A stretch of DNA of 64,000 bases, from NCBI RefSeq assembly GCF_964194025.1, contig NC_134474.1:34410001-34474000 (forward strand), in the 5' to 3' direction. Below the pieces are notes generated by a model, which did not search any database, had not been told where the DNA came from, and saw only the letters and a program-made list of their open reading frames with translations. Every line of letters begins with the position of its first letter. Position 1 is the stretch's first letter. The translations under genes were made by a program, and so were the position numbers. The stretch comes from Convolutriloba macropyga (taxonomy: Eukaryota). This document shows positions 38,523-51,587 of the stretch, piece by piece.

Positions 38523-41510
38523 CAAAGACGCTCGGTAATGTGCGTTGCCCGGTAATGTTCCGACCCCGCTCATCCCCGTTTTGATTTAATTGTCTACCTG
38601 CTGGATTAGAGGGCCGATAAGACGTGTCATTAATGAGAGTACTAGACAACACAAAGATAAAACCTAAAAAATAGCAAACCATATTTACGACGAAAATTTG
38701 ATCTCTATATTTAAAAACAACACTTGCGACAAAAACAAAACGGAATCAGAAAAAAACTGAACAAAGCAAATTAGCGTGTACTTCTTTGGATAACATATGA
38801 GATCTGTCAATAATGCGACTCGGTAACAGGTCGACAAAAAGAGCAAAAAAAACCTAGCTCGAAAATACCTCTCTATTTTTGAATTCATTCAATTACAGAT
38901 TGATTAAAATCAAAACGTATGAACTCGACTCATTAGTAAGATTAATTTACACCTGTCAGCAGTTGAGACGTGTCAGTATCCATAATATGTCAGAACACTA
39001 CAAAAATAACAGTGGAAATGAAAATAATCAAGAGAGCGCTGTCACAACCGTTGAAACAATAGGCTATTCATGGGAAGCGTTAAATTTCTCCAATTGTACA
39101 TTTGTTAATGCCAATTGGGCCATCCCATTAGTGTAATGATGTGACAAAGAACCAAAAAATTCAGAAATTGGCAAATTTCAAAAATCGGATTCTTCTATGA
39201 AAATCCGTAGTGAAAAAGCCAAGAAATCATTTGTTTAAAACTAAACATCGGTAAAGATTGGAGTTTGGTTCACCGGAAAGAGGATGTGACCCCATGTCAC
39301 AGAGAGTCACAAAAATTACAAATCAGACAAAAATTGACAAATAAGTGACTGATCTCAAAAATCTTTTAGTTTTTAGGAAACAATTATCTTCAGAAATTTA
39401 AATAAACCATATGCTTTCGACTTAAAACAAAAACAGATTATCTGGCAATTTCTTAGGAAGCTAGTTATGCTTATTATTAGTGAGACCGAAACATTAGAAA
39501 ACGAAAAAACCGCAAATGCTAATACGGACAGAACTCAAAATTTCACAAACTGTTTATCGAAACCAAAGTGTTGAACCATTATAATTAAATAATTAAATAG
39601 ACAAATAGGGTTTGATTGGTTTTCTTGGTTTTCCTCTGCTTTTACATTGGTCTTCATTGTAAACGGTCTTTTTCAAAAATGCAACAGAAAACCACAAATT
39701 TTGACAAACATCGAAAACTCAATAAATTTCTAAGCTCTAAAGTCGTCAGTTAAATTTTAGCCAACGTCAAAATTATGTTTCAAAAACCAAAAAGTTTATT
39801 TGTTTTGTCAATAAAGGCACAAAAGTACATGTTACGAGAAAAGGAACAAAAATTGGGAAGTACAAAAATTTTTTTCCGAGAAAAGTTTTTTGAAACTAAT
39901 TAATTCTGTTATCTATTAACTGAAATAAAACAAAACTTTATTTGAACATCCACAGAAGCAGTTAAATTAATTGATTGTCAAGGGTCTACCGCACGACATC
40001 AAAAAGAACGACAACTAGAGGCAGAAACTTTCTAAATAGTTTTCCGAGAGAACAGTTTTGCAGTCTAAAAAACTAAAAGCTACTCACTGAAATCTACGAA
40101 AATTTTGTTTTGCTCATTCTTCTATTGCCAATTAGGGCTTTAAATAATGTAATAATATGAAAAGGGTAACAATAAAAAACCTCAAATATAAGCAAAGGGG
40201 CAAAACTTACAAAATTTTATGGGATTTTGTTTTAAGAGAGCCGAGAATCGATTAGTTGAAAAGAGAACCACTATAAAGAGTATTTTTTCTTTCCTTGGAA
40301 TAGATTTTGCACTGTGTTTGTGAGAATAAGCTACATGTGGACAAAAAATACATTAAAAAAATTGGCAAACTTCCAAACTTCAATGACATTTTAACATAAT
40401 GATTTAAAATCATGAGGCTCATTAGTTAACAACTGAAAGCATTATATAGGTTTGCCTTAGGCTCTTAGGGAACTCGGATGGAACTCCTTGATCAAAATGG
40501 TGAATCATGAGACTTCAAGAAATCACAAATAATGGCAACACAAAAAAAATCGGTTTAAATGTACGAAAACACAATGTCAAACCTATAAAAACCATGAGAT
40601 TTTCTCTGAATTCATAAAATATCTCCATTTGGCCTCAGCTTGTGGTAAATAGAAGTATACTTCATTAGTTGAGCAGTGATTTGAAACCATTCTCGTCAAT
40701 TATCATCATAAAAGAGACAAAATTTCAAAAATGTTTCGAAAAAACCACGCCCCAAAGTAATACGAATAATTATTGATTGTCAGAATCCAAAACTAGCCCT
40801 TATTTTGCACCACTTCAAAGAGAAACGATTAAATATTCCAATTGTGTGCAATATAGATCAATTAGCAAATCAAATTTTTCAATAAACCAAAAAATAATGG
40901 ATGCATTTTATATATTTATTGAGTTAAATTTTGGCGAAACTGGAATTTTAATTTCAGAAGATTTCTTTAGGAAAAAAGTAGACCTAGCCTTTTTTGGAAT
41001 TTTCCGTGTTTGTGACCGCAGATGTTGGGTGTCCAATTCCGGCATATTTAAGCAAACTGTGATAACAAACCTATTTTTGAGCAATTTTGATAAAAAAAGT
41101 CAGAAATTCAAAAAGTTCAGCAAAAATTTTAATCGAAAGATTCGGATAAAACCAAACGAAAAGCTCTAACCTCTATCCTTAAAAGTATAACTAAAAATTG
41201 TTGTTAACAGTTTCATCAAAGAATGTTAACAAAAAATTGTTGCTAACAATATCAAAGATTTTTGTCAAAAAGTTTGGAAAATGCGAAAAAAAACAACGGA
41301 ATTCTGTCTACTATTCACAACCGAAAAACAAAAAACAAAAAAAATATAATATTCTTTTTAATTTCATATTCTACGTTGGACGGGCTTTCTAATGATACAA
41401 TTCTCGACTCTCTACGATGAATATATCGATCGGCCAAAATTGACTGAACAAAAGAATCAAACCCATTTGAGTATATAGTCCCTCCCCCCACAAAAAAAAA
41501 ACGAACCATA
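38523..41510 (-). mobile_element. HINE family B, copy 2 (more degenerate); boundaries approximate
   Basis: gctcggtaatgtgcgtt...atgttccgaccc..gctcatc matches 18478-18525. gatgaatatatcgatcggccaaaattgactgaacaaaa...aaacccatttgagtatatagt.cctcccccc matches 22068-22146. Confidence 0.6.
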
Positions 41511-41780
41511 AAAAATAAATTAAATTTTTGGTGAAAGTTATTTTAACAAGCGTTGTTGAGATGAAAGGTGCGTGTAGCTTCTAAATTGCCGATTTCTTTA
41601 AAGTTTTTTGATCTGAGTCGTCGGAAAGAACTATAATACAAGCAAAAGTACTCGAACAATAAATATCGATTTGAACACATACAACTAAACTGTTGTGATT
41701 TTCTTTTGATGCTTCATATGTGGGCGGCTGTTTGATCCGAAAGCTTCTGGTACACTGCATTATATTATTATACTTTTAAG

Positions 41781-41800
41781 CTGTCGCTATACCAGCAGCT
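41781..41800 (+). promoter_or_regulatory. Motif conserved upstream of both lectin genes
   Basis: ctgtcgctataccagcagct; counterpart at 24074. Confidence 0.45.
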
Positions 41801-41904
41801 TTAAAACAATATGCCGAACAAACATTGGGTGATTCTGTTAAAGAAGATTACAGTTGAAAAGCCTCGCATTGAATCAAAATCACACTTTTATAATTTTAGT
41901 GGAG

Positions 41905-42322
41905 ATGAAAATGCTGTTTGTCACCTTATTACTTTCGATGAGTGTTTCATTGACTTCTGCAGTTAGACAGCCATGTCCAACTGGCATGAAGAACATCCTT
42001 ACTTCACCCCTGTTCGGATGCTACGCTTTAGTGGACCCAACAAAAGGGTTGCTAACATTTGAACAGGCTGAAGATGAATGCAGAGCCATCCACTTCAGAG
42101 CTAGTCCTGTTGTAATGAACAATCGAGGGGAACTTGAGCATATCATACAGTTTGCAATTGATGAAGGTCTTCCAAGGGGAGGAAAAGCAGGGTTCTGGCT
42201 GGGCTATTTCAGGGATGTTGAGGCACCTTTGGAAGCTAATGGAACTTTAAGTGCTGGAAGTGCTGCAATTCGGAAAGATAGAAGTCTGTTCCATTACAGA
42301 TATGGCATTGCATTCCTGCCAG
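41905..42322 (+). CDS. Secreted C-type lectin domain protein B, exon 1
   Basis: Signal peptide MKMLFVTLLLSMSVSLTSA, PCPTG...GCY, TFEQAEDEC and GFWLG; about two-thirds identical to lectin A exon 1. Donor cag|gttaga in phase 1. Confidence 0.88.
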
Positions 42323-42777
42323 GTTAGAGAGAAGGAGTTCATAATTTTAAAAGATTAGTAATTGGAGTCAAATTAATCACTAAATTAAATGATGATCCTT
42401 ATGTGATAGTACTCATATGTCAAGTAACTTACGACTTCCAACCAACACACATTTTCCATAGTAACATTTGCGGACTTTCCACATGTCTCATCGAGCTTTT
42501 TTTAGACATTGCCCAAAAATATGACTATAAGATGTAGAATCTACTTTCCATTAGACAGCTTCCAATATTTTTACCTCTGATCATGCCTTAGTGCGATAAT
42601 TGTCCAGACATTTTTTAGGCGACGATTACTTTCCAAAACTTTTAATGCGAATCGCACTCTCCCCCGCGTACCATTTGAATTGGCCTAATGAAAGTTCAAG
42701 ATTCGGAAAAACTTAGACAGATCTTATTATATTAAGAAGAAAACGTCGGGGAGTTTGAGAGGCGAATGAAAGAAATG

Positions 42778-43187
42778 AGTCAAGAAAAACCTACGGAAAA
42801 AAACCCCTCACTTAATTTTGGATAGGAAATAAACCCTCACGGAAAATAACCCCCCACGGATATAAAACCCCACGGAATTAAACCACCATTTTAAAATTGA
42901 CTAATTTCGGTCGTGATAATTTGTTCGGTTGTGATAGTTTCATATCAAGTCCCAAGGGCCGCTGAAATATGGCCATGGCCCGCGAGGCATGGCCAAACGC
43001 GGTAAATACGGATTTCTTCAATAGTAAAGTGGGTTTTTTTTTGTTTGGGTTTATTTCCGGGGGGGTTTATTTCCGTGGGGGTTTATTTCCGTGGGGGTTT
43101 ATTTCCCTGGGGGCTTATTTCCGTGGGGGTGTATTTCCTAACTAAAATGAAGTTCGTTTTTTTTCCGTGAGTTTTTTTTTCGCAACC
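42778..43187. mobile_element. Foldback MITE with repeat-built TIRs (MULE/Phantom-like) in the lectin B intron
   Basis: Left arrays of cacggaaataaacccc-like units are inverted relative to right arrays of gggggtttatttccgtg. Central hairpin tggccatg...catggcca. No clear TSD. Confidence 0.7.
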
Positions 43188-44812
43188 GCAATGTTCTAAA
43201 GCAATGCTTCTTTGTAAAGACGGCATGTGCATGTCGCATCTTTAAATGGAGGTTTCGATACCCAAAAATGCATAGAATTCTTTACCTGAATTATAAAGCG
43301 TTTCAATTTTCTAATAAAAACTTCGATGGGCTACTTATGAATTGTTTGACATTAATGCAATGCTTCAAGACTATTCTGATTGCGCGCCAGTCATATTTGG
43401 AATTTTAGATCTTGCAAATCATTTTAAAATAACCATTTCAAAATAACTGTTCACCTTGTACGATTCTTGCAAGATAACTGTCCTGCAAGAAAATCCAGAA
43501 CCATACCGCGGTTGGTACATGGCTTTCTTTAGCTTCTCTAAAGACTACAAAAATCACTTTGCTAATTGCGATTTCTTTTTTTGCCTTGATTGATATCTTG
43601 CAAGATTCTGGCGAGATTTGAATCCGCTCACCTCTAGGTAAGCCTCAAAACGAGAGCATCTGTAACAGGGCCGAGGTGTCCTCCCGAAGAAAACCAAAGA
43701 AAACCGGTAACGTTTAACGCAGACCCTAAAACTTCTAACGTTAACTCATATAATTGTAAAGATCAGCAAAAAAATCTATAATCAGGCTTTTTAAAAATAG
43801 CTCTTTTTATCAAGTTATCCATGGCAAATGTATCTAATATCTAAGTGCTCTCAGCGAACTCGTCTCATTAAAGAATTTGCTCAGTGAATGGCTTCAAGTT
43901 TGCATCATTATTGCCAACTTTTGTAACCTTTTTTGAAGAGGCCTCAAATATAAGCGTCCATATCTAGCATTATGGACAAAAAACGTTATTTGCAAGAAAA
44001 ATTTAATAAGGGAGGTAGCTGAGAATGATCCTTAAGGGTCAACTATGTCCTATCGGAACGCATTTAAAGTATTAATTAGCATATTACCTTTTAAATGCTG
44101 TAAGAATTCTTGTAATATCCGGATCCATTAACATTTTATTATTTATTAATTCAACAAAGCAACTTATATGTAAACGAAATCTGCTGTTAGGGCATTTTTT
44201 ATGAGGTTATACATCAAAGAAAGTCACTATAAATCAGAAGTATCTTTCTATCTTTTGAACCTGAGTGGTGAAGATTTTAAACTTCGGTCAATTGCTATAA
44301 CAATTAACGCTGTAGCGCATTAAGACAATCTTTTTACAATGTGCTCATACCGTTTTTCAATTGATTTGGGATATCTTTTTGTCAAATGGAGTTCTCATTT
44401 ACATCCATATGAACTATTTTGTGATGAACTCTTTAGATAACAGGCCTTGATTAGAGCATCAGCTTAAATTTTTCTCCTCGGTGCCAGTGAACTAAAAGTC
44501 AATCACTGTTAAATAAGTAAACTGTTTAATCCAGAAGACTTCTTTCGTATAAGAATGAACCATAAATGATAAATCAAGTTTGCTCTTCAAAAATGAGTCC
44601 TTTTCCAGACTTAATGCACAATGAATAGAAATCAAATAAAAACAGGTGTTCTTCCATTAGCTAAGGACAGGAAGCTACGATCAAGTTGCATCTGTAGCAT
44701 CAGCTCTTTTCAAAGTTTGAAGTTACTTTTTCAATTATTTCTGTAGCACCTCGTTTATTAATCAAGTACTTATCAAGTACTTTTTAATCACGTTTTTGCT
44801 TTTTGTCTTCAG

Positions 44813-44982
44813 TTCAAGACCCTGACTTGTGGAGAAATGATCAGCAACCAGGTGATCAGACAGATGAGAGAGATGAGAGATGTACTGCCCAGAAGAAACC
44901 AGGCAATCCAAAGTTCCTAGGCATGGATGACTACCCTTGTGAAGGATACCAGCTGCACTACGCAGTCTGCACTTACTTGTAG
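44813..44982 (+). CDS. C-type lectin B, exon 2 (intact)
   Basis: Acceptor tttttgtcttcag|. Reads (V)QDPDLWRNDQQPGDQTDERDERCTAQKKPGNPKFLGMDDYPCEGYQLHYAVCTYL*, supplying the last three CTLD cysteines. Absent from the ORF track. Confidence 0.88.
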
Positions 44983-46511
44983 CCTAAACTGAAAAGGGAA
45001 TTATCAAAGGGTTTAGGTTAAAAAATTTGAAATACGCGAATACTTAATTTCCTGTTATTAATAGATTGTTTTGCGTCTCATCGCAGTCTTTCCTCTATTT
45101 ATAAATCTTATGGTTTTTCAAACCATTTTCTGATTACAGATATCATTGTGGCAATCTGCAAAAGTTATTGAAAGAGTACAGAAGTCCACAATCAGCAAAT
45201 TCTGCAGAGATCATACTTATGACATGGCGTCACGAAAGTACGATGACTGAAAGAGAAAAACACTTTAAAAGCAAAACTCAGAATTTCAAGGAAAAGTTTT
45301 TCGGTGCAACTTAAAAGAGTTCATCTCGCACGCCAAATTAAATTATCTGCAATTATCGGTAAATTTAGGGATAGTTCAAAACTATTTTAAAGAAATAAAT
45401 AATGTAGCAGATCAACGGCACTTAGATAGCTTTGTTAATTGATATTTCCGTTGAACAGGCGGTTAAATTTTGTTTTTTTTCACTCCTTTATGCCTGCACT
45501 ACAAAAGGTTTAAAAATTTAACTTAGATTGTTTCATTGGCAAAGTAACAGTCTTTTTGTGTTCTAGATTAAGACAGGTTTGAACTTTTTCAATTCCAATC
45601 AACGTGCACCATAGAAGAGGTCACTTTTGTCAAACGTTTTCTTACCAAAAAGCTCATTCGTCATTATTCTTCGACGGATATTTACGATACGATCAAAAGA
45701 TTTCCGCGAAAAATGCTTAGATAACCGCCCCACCTAAATCCAATTTTCAAATAAACGATAAAATACTTTAAAAAAGAACCCGGGAAATTTTTTTAGTTCA
45801 AATGAAAAGATTTGTCACAGCTATTTCTGTATCTGAAGTAATCTGAACTTGTTAACTTTTGGCAGATCACTTTCGAAAAAATTGCACCCTTTTTAAGGTG
45901 AAAACTTACAATTTCTTTTCCTTAGTTTTGCAAAATTATTGTATAGAAATTATAAAAAAATTTTTGAAGATTTTATTTTTTGTTGAGCGTTTCAAATTTT
46001 TTTCTTTGTTTTTTAATAGATAGTTTAACTATTCGAACTATGTTGCGCGTTTGTTGGGTGATAAGCCATGGGGGGTAACAAAAAATTCAACTAGCAAATG
46101 TAAATTTACGTGAACCTTTAAAAATTGTATATTGAATAAATGAAACTGATAAATTGAAAATATGCAATTGTTGTCAAATACTGCCCGCTCACTTTTGCAG
46201 GAGCACAAAAATCTGATACACTGATCTAATTGTTCCAACTTTACTTGAATGGATTGAAAAATATAACTCGAAAAATCGGAAATTGTAAAATACGAATTTA
46301 AATCACCTCCCTCCGCCAACACACATTGCTTTTTAAAATCTGTATAAAATCAAGTAGCACAATTCTAGTGCAGGACAAAAGGTGGTTTTCTTGTAAGATA
46401 CAAAAACAGTTCTGAGCCAAATTTATCTAAAAAGTACACAGACTCTGAAACAAATGAACCTTGATCCAATTAGAAATTTAAGCCTTCTTGTGTAATCTTA
46501 ATTGTTCGTAT

Positions 46512-46651
46512 CACACACACATACACACACACCACCCATCCATCCACCCATACACACAAAACAAACAAACAACCACGCTTGTACAAAAAAATCACATTCA
46601 TCAGCCGTTCTCCCCAACACACACGCACACAGACACACACACACACACACA
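46512..46651. repeat. Short degenerate (CA)n-rich tract
   Basis: cacacacac and caaacaaac runs. Confidence 0.8.
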
Positions 46652-47519
46652 CCAGCTTTGATTTTTCTAATTTTTTTGGACAAGGTGTATTTAATGTGGA
46701 TGCAATTTTACCAAAAAAAGGTCCAGTGAAATTCAGAATGTTTTTTCAAATACTATTGTGAACTTTGATCCCTATTTATCAATCTTATAAAGCCGACAAA
46801 GATTTATTGCAGATGCTTTATCAGGTAGGATTTGAGCTTTATAAATAAAGATGTGTTTTTTTTTGAAAAAATTTTGACCATTTTTGCTATTTTTCCCGGC
46901 TCTTGTCTCAATTGAGCAAGGCCCACAAAATAATCGACTTGTAGCAACTGACAGGAAGGAGTTGATTTTTGAAAACATTATTTCAGAAAGGCGTACTGAT
47001 ATTCCAAATTTTCCTTTAATAGAGGTTTGTTCTTGTGCCTGTTTGTGCTTTTATAGCTTTTTATAGCTTCCAGTCTCTAGAACTAAAAAAAATACATCTT
47101 AAAACCATGTTTGAAAACAATTTCAATTTTGATGTTAGTTTTATATCCCCTTTTGTGATTGCGAAATTTTTCATCATTTATGCAAATTTGAATCCATTTG
47201 CACATTTTTTTTTATTACAAGTACAAAAAAATGTTTGATATGTGCCTGTTGTAAAATATTATAGTGATAAAAACTATTTACAAACAAAATTGAGTTAAGA
47301 GTTCTTGTGTTGTTCACTTTTTAAGCAAGATCTCTATGTCATCATATTGTCTCCAAGGAACTAAACTGTTTTAAATTGGTGTTATGTTTTTTGCCGCTAC
47401 TGATTTTGGCTATTTTCTGAAAAGGGGTTTTTCATGTTCTGTGGGAGTTTTTTCTGGGCTGTAATTTACAATGGAGTCATTGCGCTCGCCTTAAGTGTGC
47501 AGTTTTAAACACTCACATC

Positions 47520-48103
47520 AAAGCATTATCCAATTCAAAAATTTTGCTAGAAAACCCTAACCTGCGGTAAAGAAATGGTCACTTGACTTTTGAGAACTTG
47601 GCTTAGCGGAGAAAACTTTAATTAAAACGTTGGACAGGAACAGAAGTAAAGTTTTTGAAAACATGAGATTGCTAGTGATAGCAACGAATGAAAATAAATT
47701 TTTCAATTAGACATTTGATTAGTAAGCATAAATTCAATAAATTGACAAATTTTGTGTTTTCTACTTTTTTTAAACAGTGTTTGAAAATGTTATTCTGAGT
47801 CTTGATTAACAGTTGAAACCTGAGGACTGTAAATTTCAATACGCTGGCTTCAAGTGTACAATTTTATAGACCCACAACAAAGCATTATCTAATTCAAACC
47901 TTTCTCCATAGAACGCAAAGTGTTGACAAAAAACGGTCACTTTGAGAATTGAAAGTTGGCGTGATGGAGAGAAGTTTAATGAAACCATTGGACAGGAACA
48001 GAAATAAAGTTTCTAAAAACAACGAATTTCGGGTGCTGGCAACGACTAAAAATAAAACTTTAATTAGACATTTGATTAATAAGCATAAATACAAGCAATT
48101 GAC
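47520..48103. repeat. Diverged direct duplication, ~360-bp spacing
   Basis: aagcattatc.aattcaaa...ggtcactt...ttggacaggaacagaa.taaagttt...aattagacatttgatta.taagcataaa occurs at ~47520-47748 and ~47880-48103. Confidence 0.8.
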
Positions 48104-49236
48104 AGTACCGTAACGAAAAAAATGAAGAACTAAGACAAATGTCTCAACTGAACGCAAAGATATGGAGAATATCAAGAAAACGCAAACAGCAATTTACACA
48201 AATGATTCAAATTTCAAAACTCTTGCTCTCATCAACAGAAAGGCCGCAATATTACGCATTGTGAAAGTATCTCTTTCTACTCAACGTCTTAATTGAAAGT
48301 TAACAAGAAAAGTAGAAGAACAAACATTATTTTATTATTACATCAAGTTTTGACCCGAAATTCATTTTAATGCAACTCCATGGTTTAATGTAAACAAAAA
48401 GTTAAAGTTCTCAGTACAATTTTAGTTGAGGATTATCCTCATTACCTGCAAACTTCAGCAAAAAAGCACATATAAATAAACATTTTTTGAGAAAAACATT
48501 TAAAATCTAGAAATACTATAATTTAAAGGAACAGTGGCCAATAAATTAACTGTTTCGCACATGAAAGTTTGATGCGTATCGCCGAACAATATAAAAATAT
48601 AACATTATAACAATGCAGAAAGTAAAAAGTAGGATTGAAAATAACTTACGTATTAAGAAAGTTTAAAGTGAGAAAATTTTGAAATTACTTTGATTGAAAC
48701 TCTTCTGTAAAAAATCAACTCAAATATGAACAAATATGTACTCAATTTGTCTGAATGCACAAATACGAGAACAAAATTCAAGCAATTCGAATCCATTTAG
48801 CTGCAAAAAATTTTGATAAGAAAATGTTCAATGCAGCACAATTGACTATATGTCAAAAAAAGATGAAAAATTCTTCTAATTTTTAAGAAGGGTGTAAAAA
48901 ATCTCAAAAATCTTAACCGAGAATCCAGCTTTTTAGGCTTTTTTTCGTAATTAAATAATTTGCACTAAAAGCTTGACTTAGCTTAATGTCTTGCTTTTTT
49001 TTCATGGAGTAATCTAAATGGTTCTGCGTTATGCATGATGATTCACACGAGCCTAGAAATTCTTATTTTATTATAAAGATTTAAGTAACCAACAAGATGT
49101 GGCAATCTACAATTCGGTAACAAGTCGATGAAAAAATTTGCAATTAGAGGGGAAGTTTTTTTGGTAACCATGGTGGACTCACCCACCAAAGCAAATTGAT
49201 TATTCTTTGCTTCAGCTTGGGAAACTATTTAGAGCA

Positions 49237-50741
49237 CAATAGACAGATCTTGGCGTATTGTATGCCCGTAATTGTTTCCAAAATAAAGTTGCCGCGGATC
49301 ACCTCTTTTTGGTCAGTCTTTTCTTGCATACTCAAGCAGAAACAAAAAAGATTGACATATGTATTAGATGCAAGCTCTCAACGGTGTGCCACAAAGTGAA
49401 TTGTCTTTCAGGTAAAAAGAACTTTGGATTTCAGTCAACAAAAACTTTAGGAAGGTTCAATGGCCTAAAAAAGTCTTATGATCTTTGAAAAACTTCTAGC
49501 ATTATAGCTCGCTGTCAATCGTTTATATCAACAAACGAGAGCAACATTTTGAAATCCCACAAACGTTTTGTATCTGTTCCCCTAATCGATGAATTAAGGT
49601 TAATTAAAAAACGTCTATAAAAAACATAATTTGTTAAAAATTTTTGGTGCAATCAGCTTAGTATTTGTTCAATGAGGCAATTATATGAATAATCTAAGTA
49701 GTTTCGTTGTTAGTTGGTGTGTATATGTTTGACTCTATATTTCGTTCGGACTTTTTTGTCTGGGACTGTTTTGTCTGCTTTCTTGACACTATTTTGTCTG
49801 GGACTGATTTTGTCAATAGACAGATCTTGGCGTATTTTATGCTCGTGATAGTTTCCAAAATAAAGTTGCCGCGAATCACCTCTTTTTGGTCAGTCTTTTC
49901 TTGCATACTCAATCAGAAACAAAAAAGATTGGCATATGCATTAGATGCAAGCTCTCAGCGGTATGCCAGAAAGTGAACTGTCTCTCAGGGAAAAAGAACT
50001 TTGGATTTCAGCCAACAAAAACTTTAGGAAGGTTCAGTGGCCTAAAAAGTCTTATGATCTTTGAATAACTTCTAGCTTTACAGCTCGCTCTCAATCGTGT
50101 AAATCAACAAACGAGAGCAACATTTTGAAATCCCACAAACGTTTTCTATCTGTTCCGCTAATCGATGAATTAAGGTTAATTAAAAATCGTCTATAAAAAA
50201 CATAATTTGTTAAAAATTTATGGTGCAATCAGCTTAGTATTTGTTCAATGACATGCAATTATATGAATAATCCAAGTAGTTTCGTTGTTAGTTGGTGTGT
50301 ATATGTTTGACTCTATATTTCCTTCGGACTATTTTGTCAGGGACTGTTTTGTCTGCTTTCTTGGGACTATTTTGTCTGGGACTGATTTTGTCAGTAGACA
50401 GATCTTGGCGTATTTTATGCCCGTGATAGTTTCCAAAATAAAGTTGCCGCGAATCACCTCTTTTTGGTCAATCTTTTCTTGCATACTCAAGCAGAAACAA
50501 AAAAATTTGACATATGCATTAGATGCAAGCTCTCACCGGTATACATGAATATAAATTGTCTCTCAGGTAAAAAGAGCTTTGGATTTCAGCCAACAAAAGC
50601 TTTAAGAAGGGTCAATGGCCTAAAAAATTCTTATGATCTTTGAATAACTTCTAATTTTATAGCTCGCTGTCAATCGTTTACATCAACAAACGAGAGCAAC
50701 ATTTTGAAACCCCACAAACTTTTTGTATCTGTTCCGCTAAT
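49237..50741. repeat. ~578-bp tandem repeat, ~2.6 copies, high identity
   Basis: tagacagatcttggcgtatt occurs near 49240, 49817 and 50395. ORFs 49196/49707/50285 share RQILAY.M.VIVSKIKLPRITSFWS. Confidence 0.92.
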
Positions 50742-50980
50742 CAAAACCTAAAAAAATGCGTAAAGTGAGCAATAAAATTGCCAGGTTTTGATTTTTGTTG
50801 AAGTCAGCAAAAAATGATACAATTTTAAAATCGTACCAGGCACTACTGTTTTCTGGAATTTGGAATGCAGCTTTTCATGTTATTCAAAAGCATACGAGGA
50901 ATATCTTTTTATTGTTTTTTTCAAGAAGTCAGAATTTTTTGCTCTGTTTTATCCAAATACAAAAAATTATAAAGTATTTT

Positions 50981-51321
50981 GGATCTTTTCCATTCCTGCA
51001 ACCCTTCCAATTTAGTCGGTATGCCTATTATTAGCCCACAAACGCATGTGCATTTTTGAGATCTATTCTATTTGGCCCCTCAATGTTTTTTACGCCCTCA
51101 GTTACAAATTAACAAACTTTATGTTGTTATACATCATGCTACTAAATTAAAAAATATAGCACGCAGACTTGGGGAGGGGGGCGTAGAAAAAATGAACTCA
51201 CTAAGGGGGGTCTGAACAAAAAAGATCCCAATATTGTTACATAATGATTTAATACGCAATGGCACGTGCCTTATAACTGGGAGTGCATGACGTACTTGGG
51301 ATCCAAAAACGGAAAAGATCC
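50981..51321. mobile_element. Merlin-like MITE (outer)
   Basis: TIR ggatcttttcc...ggaaaagatcc; flanks agtatttt/attatttt (7 of 8 TSD match). Confidence 0.7.
51059..51228. mobile_element. Merlin-like MITE (inner, same family as 9559-9724), nested
   Basis: gatctattct...cagttacaaatta...atagcacg...ctcactaag...agatcc is shared with 9559-9724. Flanks catttttg/caatattg (6 of 8). Confidence 0.7.
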
Positions 51322-51499
51322 ATTATTTTCAAGCGATGGAATTTTGACATGATGTAACTGATTTTTTAGACAGATGAATTTGATTACACAAAACCAAAAT
51401 AGTGCGCAGAGGACTTTCGAATATTAAGAATAGGTTATAATCGTGGAAGAACAGGCGGGCATCGCAATATTTTTTTTTCAACATTACTGTTACCGCAAG

Positions 51500-51502
<3 letters not shown>

Positions 51503-51550
<48 letters not shown>
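51503..51550. repeat. (TA)24 microsatellite
   Basis: Perfect TA run. Confidence 0.95.
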
Positions 51551-51553
<3 letters not shown>

Positions 51554-51587
51554 TATAGTAATAATGTAGGGGGGGGGGGCATTTGAG

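Noticed and set aside
49196-50548. Repeated ORFs RQILAY...SFWS as a gene family
   Set aside because: They are translations of a 578-bp tandem repeat with non-ATG starts and inconsistent frames.
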